Shown here: piece after piece, positions 24,096-37,699 of the stretch
Layout of the letters: the number at the start of each line of letters is the position of its first letter
Position numbering within the stretch: position 1 is the first letter of the stretch
Assembly (NCBI GenBank): GCA_016748015.1
Contig: JAAOMT010000289.1
Span: 259,639 to 323,638, forward strand
Length of the DNA: 64,000 nt
DNA from: Geosiphon pyriformis uo1
Lineage: Eukaryota > Fungi > Glomeromycota
Reading direction: 5' to 3'
Translations under genes and position numbers: made by a program
Notes under the pieces: model-generated
What the model was told of the DNA's origin: nothing
What the model saw: the letters and a program-made list of their open reading frames with translations, nothing else
Database searches by the model: none

Positions 24096-27000
24096 CTACA
24101 CACTTATATTAACCAATACATCACCACCCAAACCAGAAAAAAACCATACAGTCTCCAACAACCAAAGCAAACAGCAAAAAACTCAGCCAGACCAAGCAAT
24201 CTAACAACACCATTAGACAAAACCGAAGACACTCCATGAGCAAGCCCAGAAATAACACCACCATTATGAACCAAACTGGTCTTCTCTATCTTTACCTAGT
24301 GGATAGATCTCACCAATCATACTTTAGCATGATGTAATTTTACAACAAATCTCACAAAGTCAGTAATCTGAGCAACAACTACCTTCTTATCATCAAAAAC
24401 ACTACATGCCTTCTTATACCACTCATCCAACACAAACCCTTTGCAAATCAAAGCATACAGCCCAATGTTGACGGAACATTGAAATAGAACTTATAACACA
24501 GTGGAAGCAGAAAACTTAGAAACACTAGCCAAAACAGACCAATGGGCAGAAGCCTCAACCAAGATCTTTTCACAAATGCCAGACTTATGAGTGCAAGTAA
24601 AAGAATGGTCAGAGAACTCCACACTACCACACAACAAACACAACACACTAGGGTAATGCCTGTCATACAACCTCTTCCTGACTGCCACTGATAATTTCCT
24701 GTGAACAGCTTTCATAAGATAAGTCCAAAGCACTGAAGACTTATGACTAGTGAAACCAGTAAGCATATGAGAATCAGAATGCCATACCATTGCAGTGACA
24801 ATCCAGTTTATACGAACAATCATTGCCTCCAGAACTACATCAAAACCAAGACCAGCTTCAACAAGCATGACAAACAGAACAAAAAATATTTCTGACAAAA
24901 TAATGGGCATTACCAGAGACAGGAGTACTTTCAGCAACCAGAAAGTGTTTACACATTCCAGCCAACAAAGAAAAAAAAGACCCAAAGACAGCTTTAGCAG
25001 CCAAGTCAGCCTCCATATTCCCAGGAACCCCAGAATGGCCCTTCATCTTAATCCAACTCACACTAAAATCTTTATTCCTAACCAAATTGAAAATATGATG
25101 CCTTTCTATCCAGTATTGATTACAAAAATTGGGGACAGCCAAAGACATCTCAGACACACAAGCATCAATAACAGCTTGGCTGTCAAGATACAACACCACA
25201 GTGCACAAAGAAAGAACACACTCCAAAAACAAAGCAACAGCCTGTAATTTAGCCATAGTAGACAACAAGAGACCTTGGACAGCAATGTCAACACTCAGAT
25301 CCAAGGCTGGAAAGTAAGCAGCAGCACCACTGACAACCTCAGTAGAACCAAAATTCTTTAAAGATCCATTTGTAAAAACCTCAAAAAAACTGGATCACAT
25401 GTTATGCAATCCATCTCTTATAGCAGAAAACTCTCCAGACCCCAAAATGTCCAACCCAAGCAGCTCAACATGGTTAGCTAAACCAGAAGATAAGAAATCC
25501 CTACTTCTCAAAAACTCAGAAGAAACTGTGAACCAACAAGGCACAGGACCACACAGATTCAACCTCTTTCAATGGTGAAATGTCTTCCAATTCATCAAAC
25601 CACTTTTTTTATTAAAAAGCCAATCACTAAAAGCAACACCAAAGTGCCTAAGAGAGATGACCAAATTAAAATACAGAGACTTCCCAAGAATAGCAAACAT
25701 AAGAAAGCGACCAGGACTATAAAATGCAATGGGGAGATTGTTCACCAGAGATAGCCCATTGTCCAAAAAGATCTTTACCAATCCAGCCAAAAATTTGTTC
25801 ACTGGACTGACATGCAACCTGATGGAAAACTGCAGGGGATCCAAAAAAGCCCAACCAAGAACCTGCAAATCCAAAAATCTATGACTAAACAAATGCCCAA
25901 GAACACCAGAAGCATTAGAGAACATTATTAAAGCAGCCACCTTTCCTTCAGACTGCACCTGTTCAAAAAGTTTCAGGTCATACAATAATGGATAATACAA
26001 AGCAGCATCAGGAAAATCATGAGGAAAACAAGTTTTAGATCTGAGACTCTTTTTAACTAAAGCATCCCACTTGTAACAAACATTAGAAAAGACAAAACTG
26101 AACTAAATACAATAGTTAACAATAGGCTGTAGAACAGCTGACACCAAATATGAGTACTGTTTGTCTGTAATTGCCTTTTTAAGTACAATATTAACAAAAA
26201 AGCGCACATCCACATGAGCTTTGACAACACTCAACTTGGACAGCCCTTCAGTGAACAAAAAAATACTCAGATAGTAATAAGTCTTGTCCTTTTTAGCAAT
26301 CAAAATTGGCTGACCCCAAATACTCAGCTTAGCAATCCTAACACTCTGATTTATGGAAATAGCCACTGTTTTCTCACTGTTAATAGAAATATTATTGATT
26401 ATAAAAAACTCACTGGCAATGTTCAATGCATATTGAGTAGAAGCCTAACAATTTCCAATCCAGATTGTATTATCAACAAATGTGCCAGCCGAAAAATATG
26501 AAGTCAAACCACCACCATCCTCAATTCTGCCAGTTTTTGAAACAAACTTAATATTAATTCAGTACTCACACAATTGTTTATGTCTTTTAATCTCACACAA
26601 AAGCGGATCATAAAAGATTCTCCACAGAAAAAATAAAAAAACCTCATCCTAATCTAGTCCATTATGCACCTTGTAACCACCAGATAAACCAAAGTCAGTC
26701 ATTATCCTATTAACTCTATCCTCATGAATACCACCAAAAAACTTTATGAACTTTTTACACATCTTAATACACCACAAGCTAGCCCTCAAATGGTGCCATC
26801 TCACTAAATCATAAGTCTTCTGCATATTCTGCAAAACCAACCAAACCTCTCAATTTTTTTTAAGAGCATCTTCAACCACTGAGCCGATAGCAAACACCAG
26901 AGATTGTGTAGACGTACCCTTCAACACCAAAAAATTGTCATCCTGAAGAACATTGAACTTGCTGCAAGCCACCAAAATATAATCAAACAGAATCTTAAAC

Positions 27001-28784
27001 AGAATTTTCCTGGCAGTTTCAATCAAAGCAATAGGCTGAGTGTTCGTAAAGACCCCATCCCAGTCATAAGGCTTAGAGATCATTGAAATCCATACCCTTT
27101 TCCACAAAACAGGCACCACACTAGCAATCAAACACACATTAAATAGTGCTAACATGCACCCTAAAACCACCTTACCACCTTGTTTCCACAACTCATTCAG
27201 AATACCAGACAAACCAGTGACCTTGCCATTAGGCAGACCACTAATAACAAAAAGCAATTCATCTATGCTAACTTTATGCATAACACCAGAAAAGGCATCA
27301 TTTTGAACATAGCTTAATGGCGCATACTACCAAGCTCAAAGATCAGAGATCATTATATGCACTGATTATTTTCTTGTCCACCCTTCCATTATTTTGTCCA
27401 CACTTGCCTTCACCTCTTCAGGCTCCAAAACCAATTTGTCATCAACCACCAGGTGATCCAATACTACCTTGTAAAAGAGTCTGTCCAACACACTTCTGAT
27501 CATACTACCTTTGTCAGAACAGAAATTTTCCATGCACCTATCAATCGCCTTCCTAATAAAAGTTTTTTCAGAAAACCTTGACTCAAACATCTTCATTCTC
27601 CTGTAATCTTTGTAAACCAATGACAAATGCTTAATAATAACATCATATTTGACACTCGAGCTGACCAAGTCCCTAAAGGCACAAGCCTTGACATTATCCA
27701 AAGTTAACCACTTACTCACAAGAAGATCGACATCAGACAAGTTACCAGAGCAAAATTTTTTGACAATCTTGGCCACCAACAATTCCAAACCAAAAAACTT
27801 AGAAGAATGCCTGTTTTTCAGATGCCTAAATTTGCTGAACCAATGTCTTGAAAATGTCTCATCAGCAGATTCTAACACAGCCTCCTGCAATATTGTCCAC
27901 ATAGCATCCACATCACCATGCACTTTAGCACCAGAGAACACATCACCCAATGACAAGAGTTTTGCTGAGAAGAGATCCCTAAACTTATCCCATTTAATAC
28001 TGTCAGCATTTTTGAACTTGAATTTCCAACAATCCTTATTTGTCTGCTTGCACAAGCTATTCAATTAAACATCCAAAAGTCTACCCAAACCAATTGACAC
28101 TATAACTGCCCTGTGATCAGTGTCAAAAAAATCTGAAACAGAAACTGTTTGATGACCAGCAACAGCAGAAGACAAGCTGCCACTTACAAAAATATAATCA
28201 ATTGTTTTCACAACCCCTTTTGAGTTGCTCCACATATGAGAACCAGCTAAATAATGACTACCAAATGAATTGACCAAATCCAAACTCAAACAGAACTTGA
28301 AACTCGCACTCCTACCAGATCCATTCTTATTAAAGTCCTCACCCAAGACAACATGAGTGCTAAAGTTAACAGCTTTTGCAATAAGAGAGTTAATCTCAGA
28401 AGCCTGACCAAATCTAGCCTCAGAAGAGGCACCAGCATATAATCCCAAAAAAATAACTGAGAGCTCATCTCTGAATAAAAGCTGAACAGAAACAATCCTA
28501 CCAGAAATCTCCTCCATCTTAAAAACATGACAAGCCAAAGAATTGTCCATAATTATAGCAACACCAGCACCAATGAAATCTTTATCCAATCCTGAAGAAA
28601 AAATTTGCATTTCATCAAACTTATTCGCAATTCATGGCCTAGTAGAAGACCTCAACTTCGTTTTTGTGATGAATAAGACCAAATTGCCAGAATCTTAATG
28701 TCAATGCACAACATTCTTCTGCTTGGCAGGAACATTGATTCCACGAACATTACACATAGCAAATTTCTAAACCAGACCACTCAT
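24096..28784 (-). pseudogene. LINE ORF2 (APE endonuclease, reverse transcriptase, RNase H, Cys/His finger)
   Basis: NVRGIN, TIDYIF and TDHRAV (APE); PIALIETARKI, YDLVRW and FVDN (RT); FTNGS, YLDSQA and KGHSGVPGN.EADLAA (RNase H); CLLC..VE..DHSFTC. Confidence 0.9.
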
Positions 28785-30659
28785 TAGGATGAATGAGGTA
28801 AAGAAGAACCCAAACTAGAACATAAGAGATCCAATTTTGCCAAAACAGAACTAACCAAAGCCTCCATAGCTAACATTTTAGACTCCAAACCACCTATCTT
28901 GGTAGTTAAAACCTTTGAACTACTTGAATTGAAACCAGCACCTAACTCAACACTCAAGAGAGGGGGAGGGGATGAAGCCAACACATCATTTAAAGCCATA
29001 TTTGAAAACAAAAGCTACCAGCACAGAGCTGACCAAAGAAAGAGCACCAGAAGATAGTACCATGAGCACCAATTCAACAAAACTCAATTTCCTAAGAATA
29101 CCAGAAACCTGGTCACCCAAAAGTTCAAAAGAGCACTCCAAAGATGCCAAACAAGCAACCAAAAGAGACTTGTCAAATAGAAAAAAGGAAGCACCACCAC
29201 CCAATTCCAAAGCATTAGACAAAGAAAAGCCTAAATCATAACCAGAACCAGAAGGAGAGCTACCAGAAAAGGAAACAAGAGAGACTACTTAAGCCCACAA
29301 TTTGCTGCCAAAGGCAGTAGAGCGAGAGATAGAAACATTTTTCTTTGCATACAACTTGGCTAATTAAAAACAATTAATACCAAGAGCATTTTTTTTAAAG
29401 GGAACAGCAGACACAGGAACAGCAACATCAGAAGCATCACACTCTAAGGCCAAATGACCAAATCTCCCACACTTTCCACACTGAACCAAATCTAACCTAG
29501 CCCATAAAAGTTGCACACTGCCAAAAACAGGCACAGTACAAAAGGCAGATTCCAAATCCACCTCAGACTCAAAGCCAACCACTACACAATAGACCCTATT
29601 GCCAGTCGTTAACAATCGATTAATGGTGCAAGTTTTTCCACCAACCTTATCCAAAAGAGTACTAAGATCATGCACAGTTGTTTTCACTGGCAAAATAAAC
29701 AACAGCACCCTAAACTGATCCCTAAATGCCCAGGTGTCACAATTACCCACAGTTTTAGCCACACATACTGAATTTTTCTCAATTAGGAATGACTATTTTG
29801 AGGCCAACTGATCGGCCTGACTTGATTCAGCAAACTCCACTATAGCTTTTTGCCACATGCCAATTAACTGAATTTTGATTGACTTAATTTCTCCAAACTT
29901 AGTGACTGCAGTAATGATCATGTCCTTAGGCATGTCCATGAGAATTTTCTTGATCATTACAGCCCAATCTGACCTCATTCCTTGTTTCTTAAGATTGCTA
30001 TTTACATTAATCCCCTTTTCCCTGGTCAATAATGTGGCTATTTCTATGCTTTTTTCTGACGTAAACATTGATCAGATGATCCTTTCAAATTTTGAGGGAG
30101 TAGTGGCCTCCCCAAAACCATTGACTGTTAAAAAAAATTTTCTAATTAACTGAGTCTTTGTCATTGCTGATTTACTCTCCACAGCTGAGAGATTAATATC
30201 CAAAGCAAATGACTTTCTAATTGACATTTCCACAGGAGTCTTGATAATTTTAGGTTCAATCCATTTTTTTTCTAAAGAGATAGGCAAGCAAAAAGGGAGC
30301 ACAACTTTATCATTATTCATATGAAAATTAGAAGAGCCAAGTGAAGAACCAAAACCAGCACCAGTGTTGACTTGCTTTGCCTTAAGTGTAGTAGCAGCTG
30401 AACTCAAAAGAGACCTACCATTTGTCCCAGACATAGTAATATCTTCATCCTCACTAGATAGACTCTCCACATTAGAATAAACACTGTCACTAGATCCAAA
30501 TTTGCTTAAGGATATATTTTTTTCATCACCAGAATGTTTTATATTACCAAGAACAACTTTTTTCTTCTGAGAAAAAAAGCCACCACCAGAACCATGAAAA
30601 GCACTCTTAGGAGCCTTCTTCTTAAGTATGGTGCTACTAGCAGTAGCCTCCATATCCAT
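28784..30659 (-). pseudogene. LINE ORF1 (RRM-like region, CCHC knuckle, leucine-zipper-like segments)
   Basis: MDMEATASS start; FGEIKSIKIQLIGMWQKAIVEF; CGKCGRFGHLALEC; broken by stops and frameshifts. Confidence 0.85.
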
Positions 30660-31059
30660 GAAAAATAAATTACTATTAGGTAAAAAAATATTGATATAGA
30701 CTAAAAAAAACAAAAAACTTCTTTATCAGAAAATGTGCTTTTTGGGGATTTGCAGAGGTAAAAGAGAAAGAAGTTTTTACTATTATAATATATATATATA
30801 TATATAAAACAGAATTTAATAATAATAAACCAGATTTTTATAATAAATAACAAATAAAAAAACACAAAATAATTAAAACAATTAATAAAAAAATTTAATC
30901 ATTAAATAAATTAAGATAAAAAGTTATTTAGAAATTTAAATAATAAATAAATAAATTATATAATAATATATAATATCTTTTTTTAAATATATAAAATTTA
31001 AAAAAATTTATTATTTTATTTATTATAAATATAATATTATTAACAATATATAACAATAA

Positions 31060-34000
31060 AATTTTTTGTTTTTTTAATTTTATAACTATAATTTAAGCAA
31101 AAAGTAAAAAAGCTGTACTTAATATTTTTTTAGAATATTTAATAAAGTTTTTTTTATTATAAAAACAGCTAAACAAAATATTTAAAAGTTTTTTCTTAAA
31201 TAATAGTAGTAAAAAACTGTTTTTAATAATCATTAAAACATTTTTCTCATTTTTAACTGGCTTTTCCTTAATTAAAGTTCTCTTAAAAAGACATATTTAG
31301 ATCAATTCTAATATTGTTTTTATCTTTTCTAAAAGCCCAAAAGTATTTAATAACAAACTAATTATTAAGTTAGTCTTTTTTATTTTTTTTGTTATATTTA
31401 GTGTTTTTAGTATCTCTTTCTTTAAAATAATTAAAAAAATCATAGATTTAAAAAAACAATAGCAGTTACTTATTTTTATTATTGTTATGCTAAACTTATT
31501 TGTAATTCTTAATAGAATCTTAAAAGAGATCTTTGTTGTATTATTTAGTCTGTCTTTTAAGATGGGCCAAAATTAATTATTGGCTGTGCTATTTAATATG
31601 ATGTTTTTTGACAAATTATTGCCAGTTATAAAAGCAAAACAAATCTTTTCTGTTGGGTTACTTATTTTTGAAAACTAGATTGATTAAATAGAAATTAAAT
31701 CAATTTTTCTACTAATTTTTGGTATTATTACTAATTATTAAAAGTTTATTAGATAGATGATTTTTACTCTGATGTTTAATGCAATTTTTAAGATCAAATT
31801 AACTTATGTTGTTACAAATAATTATTTGGGATGTTAATACAAATAACAAACTCATAACTTGGTGCTTAATAGCTGAATAGTAATAATAAATCTGAAGATT
31901 TTGTATCTGAAGGTTTTGGTTAAGTTTTTTGTATAATAGACAGAGATTTAATGTTAAGATTCTGTTGTAATGTTTTTAGTTTCTTCTTTAACTTGTAAGT
32001 TGGTATGTGTTGTTGTCTATAGCTTTCCAGAATATTTATTTTATCAATTTTTTTTTCAGTTTAATGACCAGTTTTCTGGTAAGCTATCCCTCAATTTTGA
32101 GTATCTATTTTTATTTCTGGGTCTTTTACCAATTCTATTCTTAACATTAGTAATTTAGTGCTTTAATTTTTAATTAATTAGTAAATAAAACAAAAAGAAA
32201 AGAAAAGAAAATAAAGAGATAAGCCAAGGCAAGAAAGAGTTAGTATTCTGTCAATAGCTGTGATTAAGAGCTATTAGTTCAGTATAGTTTAAGTATTAGC
32301 AATTATCAACATGAATTGTTGATAGTAAAAAGATAAATTGTAATATTTAATAAGTATTTTATTAATATTTAATGTTTTTACTTTAAGTTATAAAATACTA
32401 TTGTATAAAGAAATGAATCTGGAATTGGAACTGGAGGTTTTAAACTAAGAATTCTGTCTTTTTTGCTTTTAATACTACCACTATATATACATAAATTTTA
32501 TTGTATGATATTTTTTAAATTCCTCAATTTTTTAGCCAGAAATCCTAAAATTCCTAAAATCCTGTAATTTCTTGAAAAGAATTCAGAAATTTTGGAATTC
32601 TACAATTCTTCATACAGGAATTTTGCAATTCCTCTAAGAAAAATTCTGAAATTCTATTTTTACTACATCTATTCTAATTGGCTAATTTATGTACTAATAT
32701 ATAATTCCTATATTTTATGAATAACAATATTAAGACTGTTTTCTGGCTGTATATGTTTTTTTGAGTATAAAGTTAGTATTAAAAGACAATGTAAAGCTTT
32801 TTTGTATAAAATTTGCTTTTTAAAAGTTCTTAAAAGCTGTTTTTTTAATTGAACTTACAAGTTCTGTTTATTTAACCACTCATAAAATTGCCAAATTTTT
32901 GGTGGTTTCTGAGTTTGGTTTTTTTTTTATTGTTATTATATTGTATAATATACTTTTGAGTATATTTGTCACCAATATTAAGATACTCTTTAATATATTT
33001 GGTAAAATTTTTTGTGTTATACTAAAGCCAGCTGGTATTTGACAAAATATGATTATTTATTTTAAGACTTTAGATGTTGCTGTATTTGCTTTAAATTATT
33101 AATCAGTTTTGTTGAACAAGAATAGCATTAAAATTCTTTTTTTTGTAAATTAAAATAAGATTATTCTGTTTTATAATAAGTTTAAAGTCAAATTGGTCAA
33201 TTTTTTTTGACTGTATTGTTTATAAAATTAATAATATAATTTTTTAAGTTAGTAGTCAAACTTGTTTTATTTTTTGCTAATCCAATTTTGGTTATTATTT
33301 CCAGTTTGTCTTGATTATGTTTAATTTATAAAATGATTTAAATACTATTATTATTAAAACTGGTATTTTAAGAAAATATTAAATTTAATAAAAAATTTTT
33401 GAATGCTAATACTGTTTTAAATATTAAGATTTGAATTATTTGGCTATTAATTATAAGATATTTTTACTTTTTCTTTTTAAAACTTTTAGAGCTTTTGTGT
33501 TTTATTTTGTTGGTATTAAGTTTTATGTTAAGATTACTGCTTTTGTGTTTCCTTTGGTTTTTAGTCTTCTAGTTGGTTTTGTTTTTTTTGCTAATATATT
33601 GGCTAATATTTCTGTGGTTTTTTTTTAATTGGTTTTTTTAAAGTATAATTTGGCCAAGTTTTTTACTTTAGTTAAGTCTATTATTAAGTTAATTAAATTT
33701 TTAATTATTGTGTTTAAACAATTTATTAATGATAATTTGGTTCAAGTAATACATTTGGCTTTAAGATCAATAAAATTTTGGTATATATAAATACTTTTAG
33801 CAAAGCAGTTAGTAAGTTGAAGCAAAAAATGATTGTTTTAAAAACTAAGTATAACTATAAGAACATTAATATATCTGGCTCTTATGTGAATTTATTTGCA
33901 GTTAATAATAATATGTTTTTAAATTTAATATTACTATAAGAACATAAACTTATTAGTGTTAAGACTAATATTTTAAAAACAGCTAAGTGGCTGATTAGAT

Positions 34001-34214
34001 TGGTTAGTAATAGTGCCATGTTGTTTAAGATTGTTCAAAAAATATCTTTTTTGAATAAGTTTTTTTCTGAAGTAATAATATAGTATAGTTTAAATTGGTT
34101 CAAGTAGCTAATTACATATAGAAAACATGTAAGCTGTATTTAATCTTAAGATTTTTAGTTTGTTTTTAATTCTTAAATAGTAGTTGAATTATACTTATTA
34201 AATACATAAAAAAA
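31060..34214 (+). mobile_element. ORF1-only non-autonomous element (~2.2 kb without the LTR insert) with LINE-type 3' UTR and A-tail
   Basis: Decayed ORF from about 31082; decayed CCHC at 33413-33454; 34080-34214 aligns with the LINE 3' UTR at 23961-24098. Confidence 0.8.
31810..32726 (-). mobile_element. Solo LTR (U3 type B)
   Basis: TGTTA...TAACA termini; TSD ATGT/ATAT; flanks rejoin to the sequence seen uninterrupted at about 35930-35965. Confidence 0.88.
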
Positions 34215-34453
34215 TATATATTATTAACTAAACTTAATAAAAAATAAAATATTTTAAATTATAAAATAGTTAATATTATAAATTAATACAAACAATATTA
34301 ATATTATAACAAAATTTACATATAAAAACTAATAATATATATTAAAAATTTTGTATTATAAATTGTTTATTATAATATAAAAAATATAATATTAAATATT
34401 ATAATTATATATATATATAATATAAAATAAAAATATTAAAATAAAAATAAATA

Positions 34454-37400
34454 TTTTTGTTTTTTTATTATTATGTATTTAATAAATATAGTTTAATTAC
34501 TATTTAAATATTAAGTACAAATTAAGTGTACTAAAACTAAATATAGCTCACATGTTTTTTATATATAATTAGCTATTTAAGTTAGTTCAGACTATATTAT
34601 ATTAATACTATTAAAAAAAAATTTACTTAAAAAAGATATTTTTTGAATAATTTTAAACAATATAATACTATTATTAACTATTTTAGTTGTTTTTAATGTA
34701 TCAATCTTTATAACAATAAATTTGTGTTTTTAAAGTGACATTAAATTAAAAAATATATTATTATTTACTATAAGCAAACCTATCTAAAAACCAGTTACAT
34801 CAATATTTTTATAGTTGTATTCAGTTTTTAAAACAATTATCTCATATTTTAGCTTACTAATAGCTTTATTAAAAGCATCTATATATACTATAATCTTATT
34901 AACCTTAAGACTAAATATTCTACTTAAAACCCAAATTACTATTAACAAATTGTTTAAACACAGTAATTAAAAAATCAACAGACTTAATAATAAACTTAAC
35001 CAATACAGAAAAATTTGGCCAAATTAGCTTTTAAAAAAGTTACCTGAAAGAATATTATAAAATTACTAATTATAACTACAGAAAAAAAAACAAAGCCAAC
35101 CAAAAAAATAGAAATTAGAAAGAATACAAATATAATAGTCTTAATATAAAACTTAGTATTAATAAAATAAGACACAAATATCTTAAAAGTCTTAAGAAAA
35201 AAAGATAGGAATACTTTATAATTAACAGCCAAATAATTTAAGTTTTGGTATCTAAAATAACATTAGTATTCAAAAGTTTTTTATCAGATATAATACTTAT
35301 TTAAACTACCAGCTTTAATAATAGCAGCATTCAAATTACTCTGTAAGCCAAATATAATCAGAACAAACCAAAAATAATTATCAAAATTAAGTAAGCAAAG
35401 AATAAAACAGATCTAATTATTAATCTGAAAAATTATATTACTGATTTTAAAAACAGTATAGTCAAAGAAAAAGTTAACCAACTTGGTTTTGAATTTATTA
35501 TAAGATAGAATAGTTTTATTTTGATTCACTAAAAAAAAGATTCTAATATTATTTTTACTCAATAAAACTAATTAATAATACAAAACAAATATAACAACAT
35601 CTAAATTTTTAAAGTAAACAACTATATATTATTAAATTTTAGCAAATTTTAGCAAAACATAAGTAATTTTTTTAAATACATTAAGTACTATTTTAATATT
35701 AGCAGTAGATCTATCCAAAAGCATATTATATAATATAACAATAATAATAAAAAAGCCAAACTTAAAAACCACCAAAAATTTGGCAATTTTAAAACTAGTT
35801 AAATAAACAAAGCTTTTAAGCTTAACTAGAAATACAGTTTTTAAAGACTATTAAAAAACAAACTTTATATAAAAAAGTTTTATATTGTTTTTTACAATTG
35901 ATTTTACATCTAAAAAACCATGTACAGACTAAAAAACAGTTTTAATATAAGCCAATTTGATTTTAAAAATAGTATTAAACACTAGAATAAAGACTATTCA
36001 CTTAATAACTTTTAATAACTAGCAATAATTTTTTAAGTACCATTGTTATTTATAAAATATAAAAAGTATATTAGCATATAAATTAGCCAATCATAGATAG
36101 ATGTAATAAATGTGGAATTCCAGGATTTTTTTCAAAGAAATTGCAGGATTCCAGGAATTGCAGGATTCTCACATGAGAAATTGCAGGATTCCAGAATTCC
36201 AGGATTCCTGACATGAAAAATTGAGGAATTGAGAAATCTCAAATACGTATATATAGCAGTAGTATCAGAAGTTAGAAAATTAGTCAATAAAACTTAGAGT
36301 CAATTGATTTGTGGAGTCAATTAGACTCATAGAATCAATTAGACTTGCAAAATCATAATTATTAAAATTACCAAAAAAAAAAAGAAGAATCAATACCATA
36401 GAATTCTTAGTCTAGAAACACAATCCTCCAATAAATAACTATTTATTATCTCAAACCCATTTCCACTATCAACACTTCATGTTTATAGTAATTGATACTT
36501 AACCACACTGGAACAATAGCTCTTGATCATGGCTATTGACAGAATACTAACTTGCAAATTGCCTTGGCTTATTTTTTTTTTCTTTATTTTATTTTATTTT
36601 TTTTATTTTCTTGCTTTGATTTTATTGTTGTTTACTAACTCTATTGAGGATTAACACATGGAACACTAACGTCAGGATAAACATGACTGGTAAAAGACCC
36701 AGAAATAAGGGTAGAACACTCGATTGAGGATAGCTTATCAGAAGAAATACCAGCCATCAAGCTAAGAAAGAAATTGACAAAACTGCAGTTTTGGGAAGCT
36801 ACAGATAAAACTATTATCATTAAATCTCTGTTTATTATACAAAGAACTCAACCAAACCCTTCAGATACAAAACCTTCAGATACCAAACCTTTAGATCATT
36901 GACAATAAGAATAGCTTTGAGCACCAAGTTATGGATTTGTATTTAATTCAACACTAGAAATTGTCACTTGTAACACCATTAGTAACAGCACTAAAAATCA
37001 GAAGAAACAATAATAATTCAGTTTTTATTTGGTTAGTCCAGTTTTCAAGAACAGATGATTCAATAAAAGACTATTATTTTGTTTTTAAAACCAGTAATAA
37101 TTACTGAAAAACACTATATTTGACAACATAACCAGTAATTAATTTTGGCTTATTTTAAATAATATACTAAATAATACAATAGAAATCTTATTTATAATTT
37201 TATCTGAAAACACAAAGAGATTTGGTGTAACAATAACAGAAGCAAATAGTTGCTTTCACTTTTTTGAATTTTTGGTTTTTCTAATTATTTTTAAAAAAGT
37301 AGTGTTAATAATATTAAATATAACAGTAATAATTAAAAAGACCAGCTTATTAACTGACTTATTATTAAAAACTTTTAAGCTCTTAGTAAAAATAAAAACA

Positions 37401-37680
37401 ACACTAAAACTAATCCAAATGTGGTTTTTAAAAAAAACTTTAACTAATAAAAAACCAGTTAAAGATAAGAAAAATGTTTTAATGACCACTAAAGACAGTC
37501 TTTTACTATTACTACTTAGAAAAAATGCTTTTAAAACATTCTGTTTAATTGTTTTTACAACAAAAAAAACTTTTTTGATTAAAAATTTATTAGATATTTT
37601 AAAAAAAATATTAAATACAGTTTTTTTACTCTTTGTTTTAATTATGATCATAAAATTAAAAAAACAAAAAATTTTTTTTT
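34454..37680 (-). mobile_element. ORF1-only non-autonomous element, second complete copy
   Basis: ATG at 37651 (ORF 37256-37651); inverted homology to 31060-34214; LINE-type 3' UTR and tail at 34454-34600. Confidence 0.8.
36044..36975 (+). mobile_element. Solo LTR (U3 type B, GGAATTGCAGGATTCC-like tandem repeats)
   Basis: TGTTA...TAACA termini with perfect 4-bp TSD CCAT (36040-36043 and 36976-36979). Confidence 0.92.
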
Positions 37681-37699
37681 ATTAATTAATATTTTTATA

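Larger units (their letters stand above)
23961..30783 (-). mobile_element. Full-length non-LTR retrotransposon (LINE, L1/Tad-like, with RNase H), inactivated
   Basis: Two ORFs, a 3' UTR with A-tail at 23961, and a 15-bp TSD TATAATATATATATA at 23946-23960 and 30784-30798. Confidence 0.92.

Noticed and set aside
24795-30153. Plus-strand ORFs across the LINE, and antisense ORFs over the coiled-coil gene
   Set aside because: Shadow frames of the real minus-strand coding sequence, with no motifs.
31060-37680. Single large TIR DNA transposon or inverted segmental duplication
   Set aside because: The arms are separately tailed retro-copies with different LTR insertion sites and TSDs, and there is no transposase.
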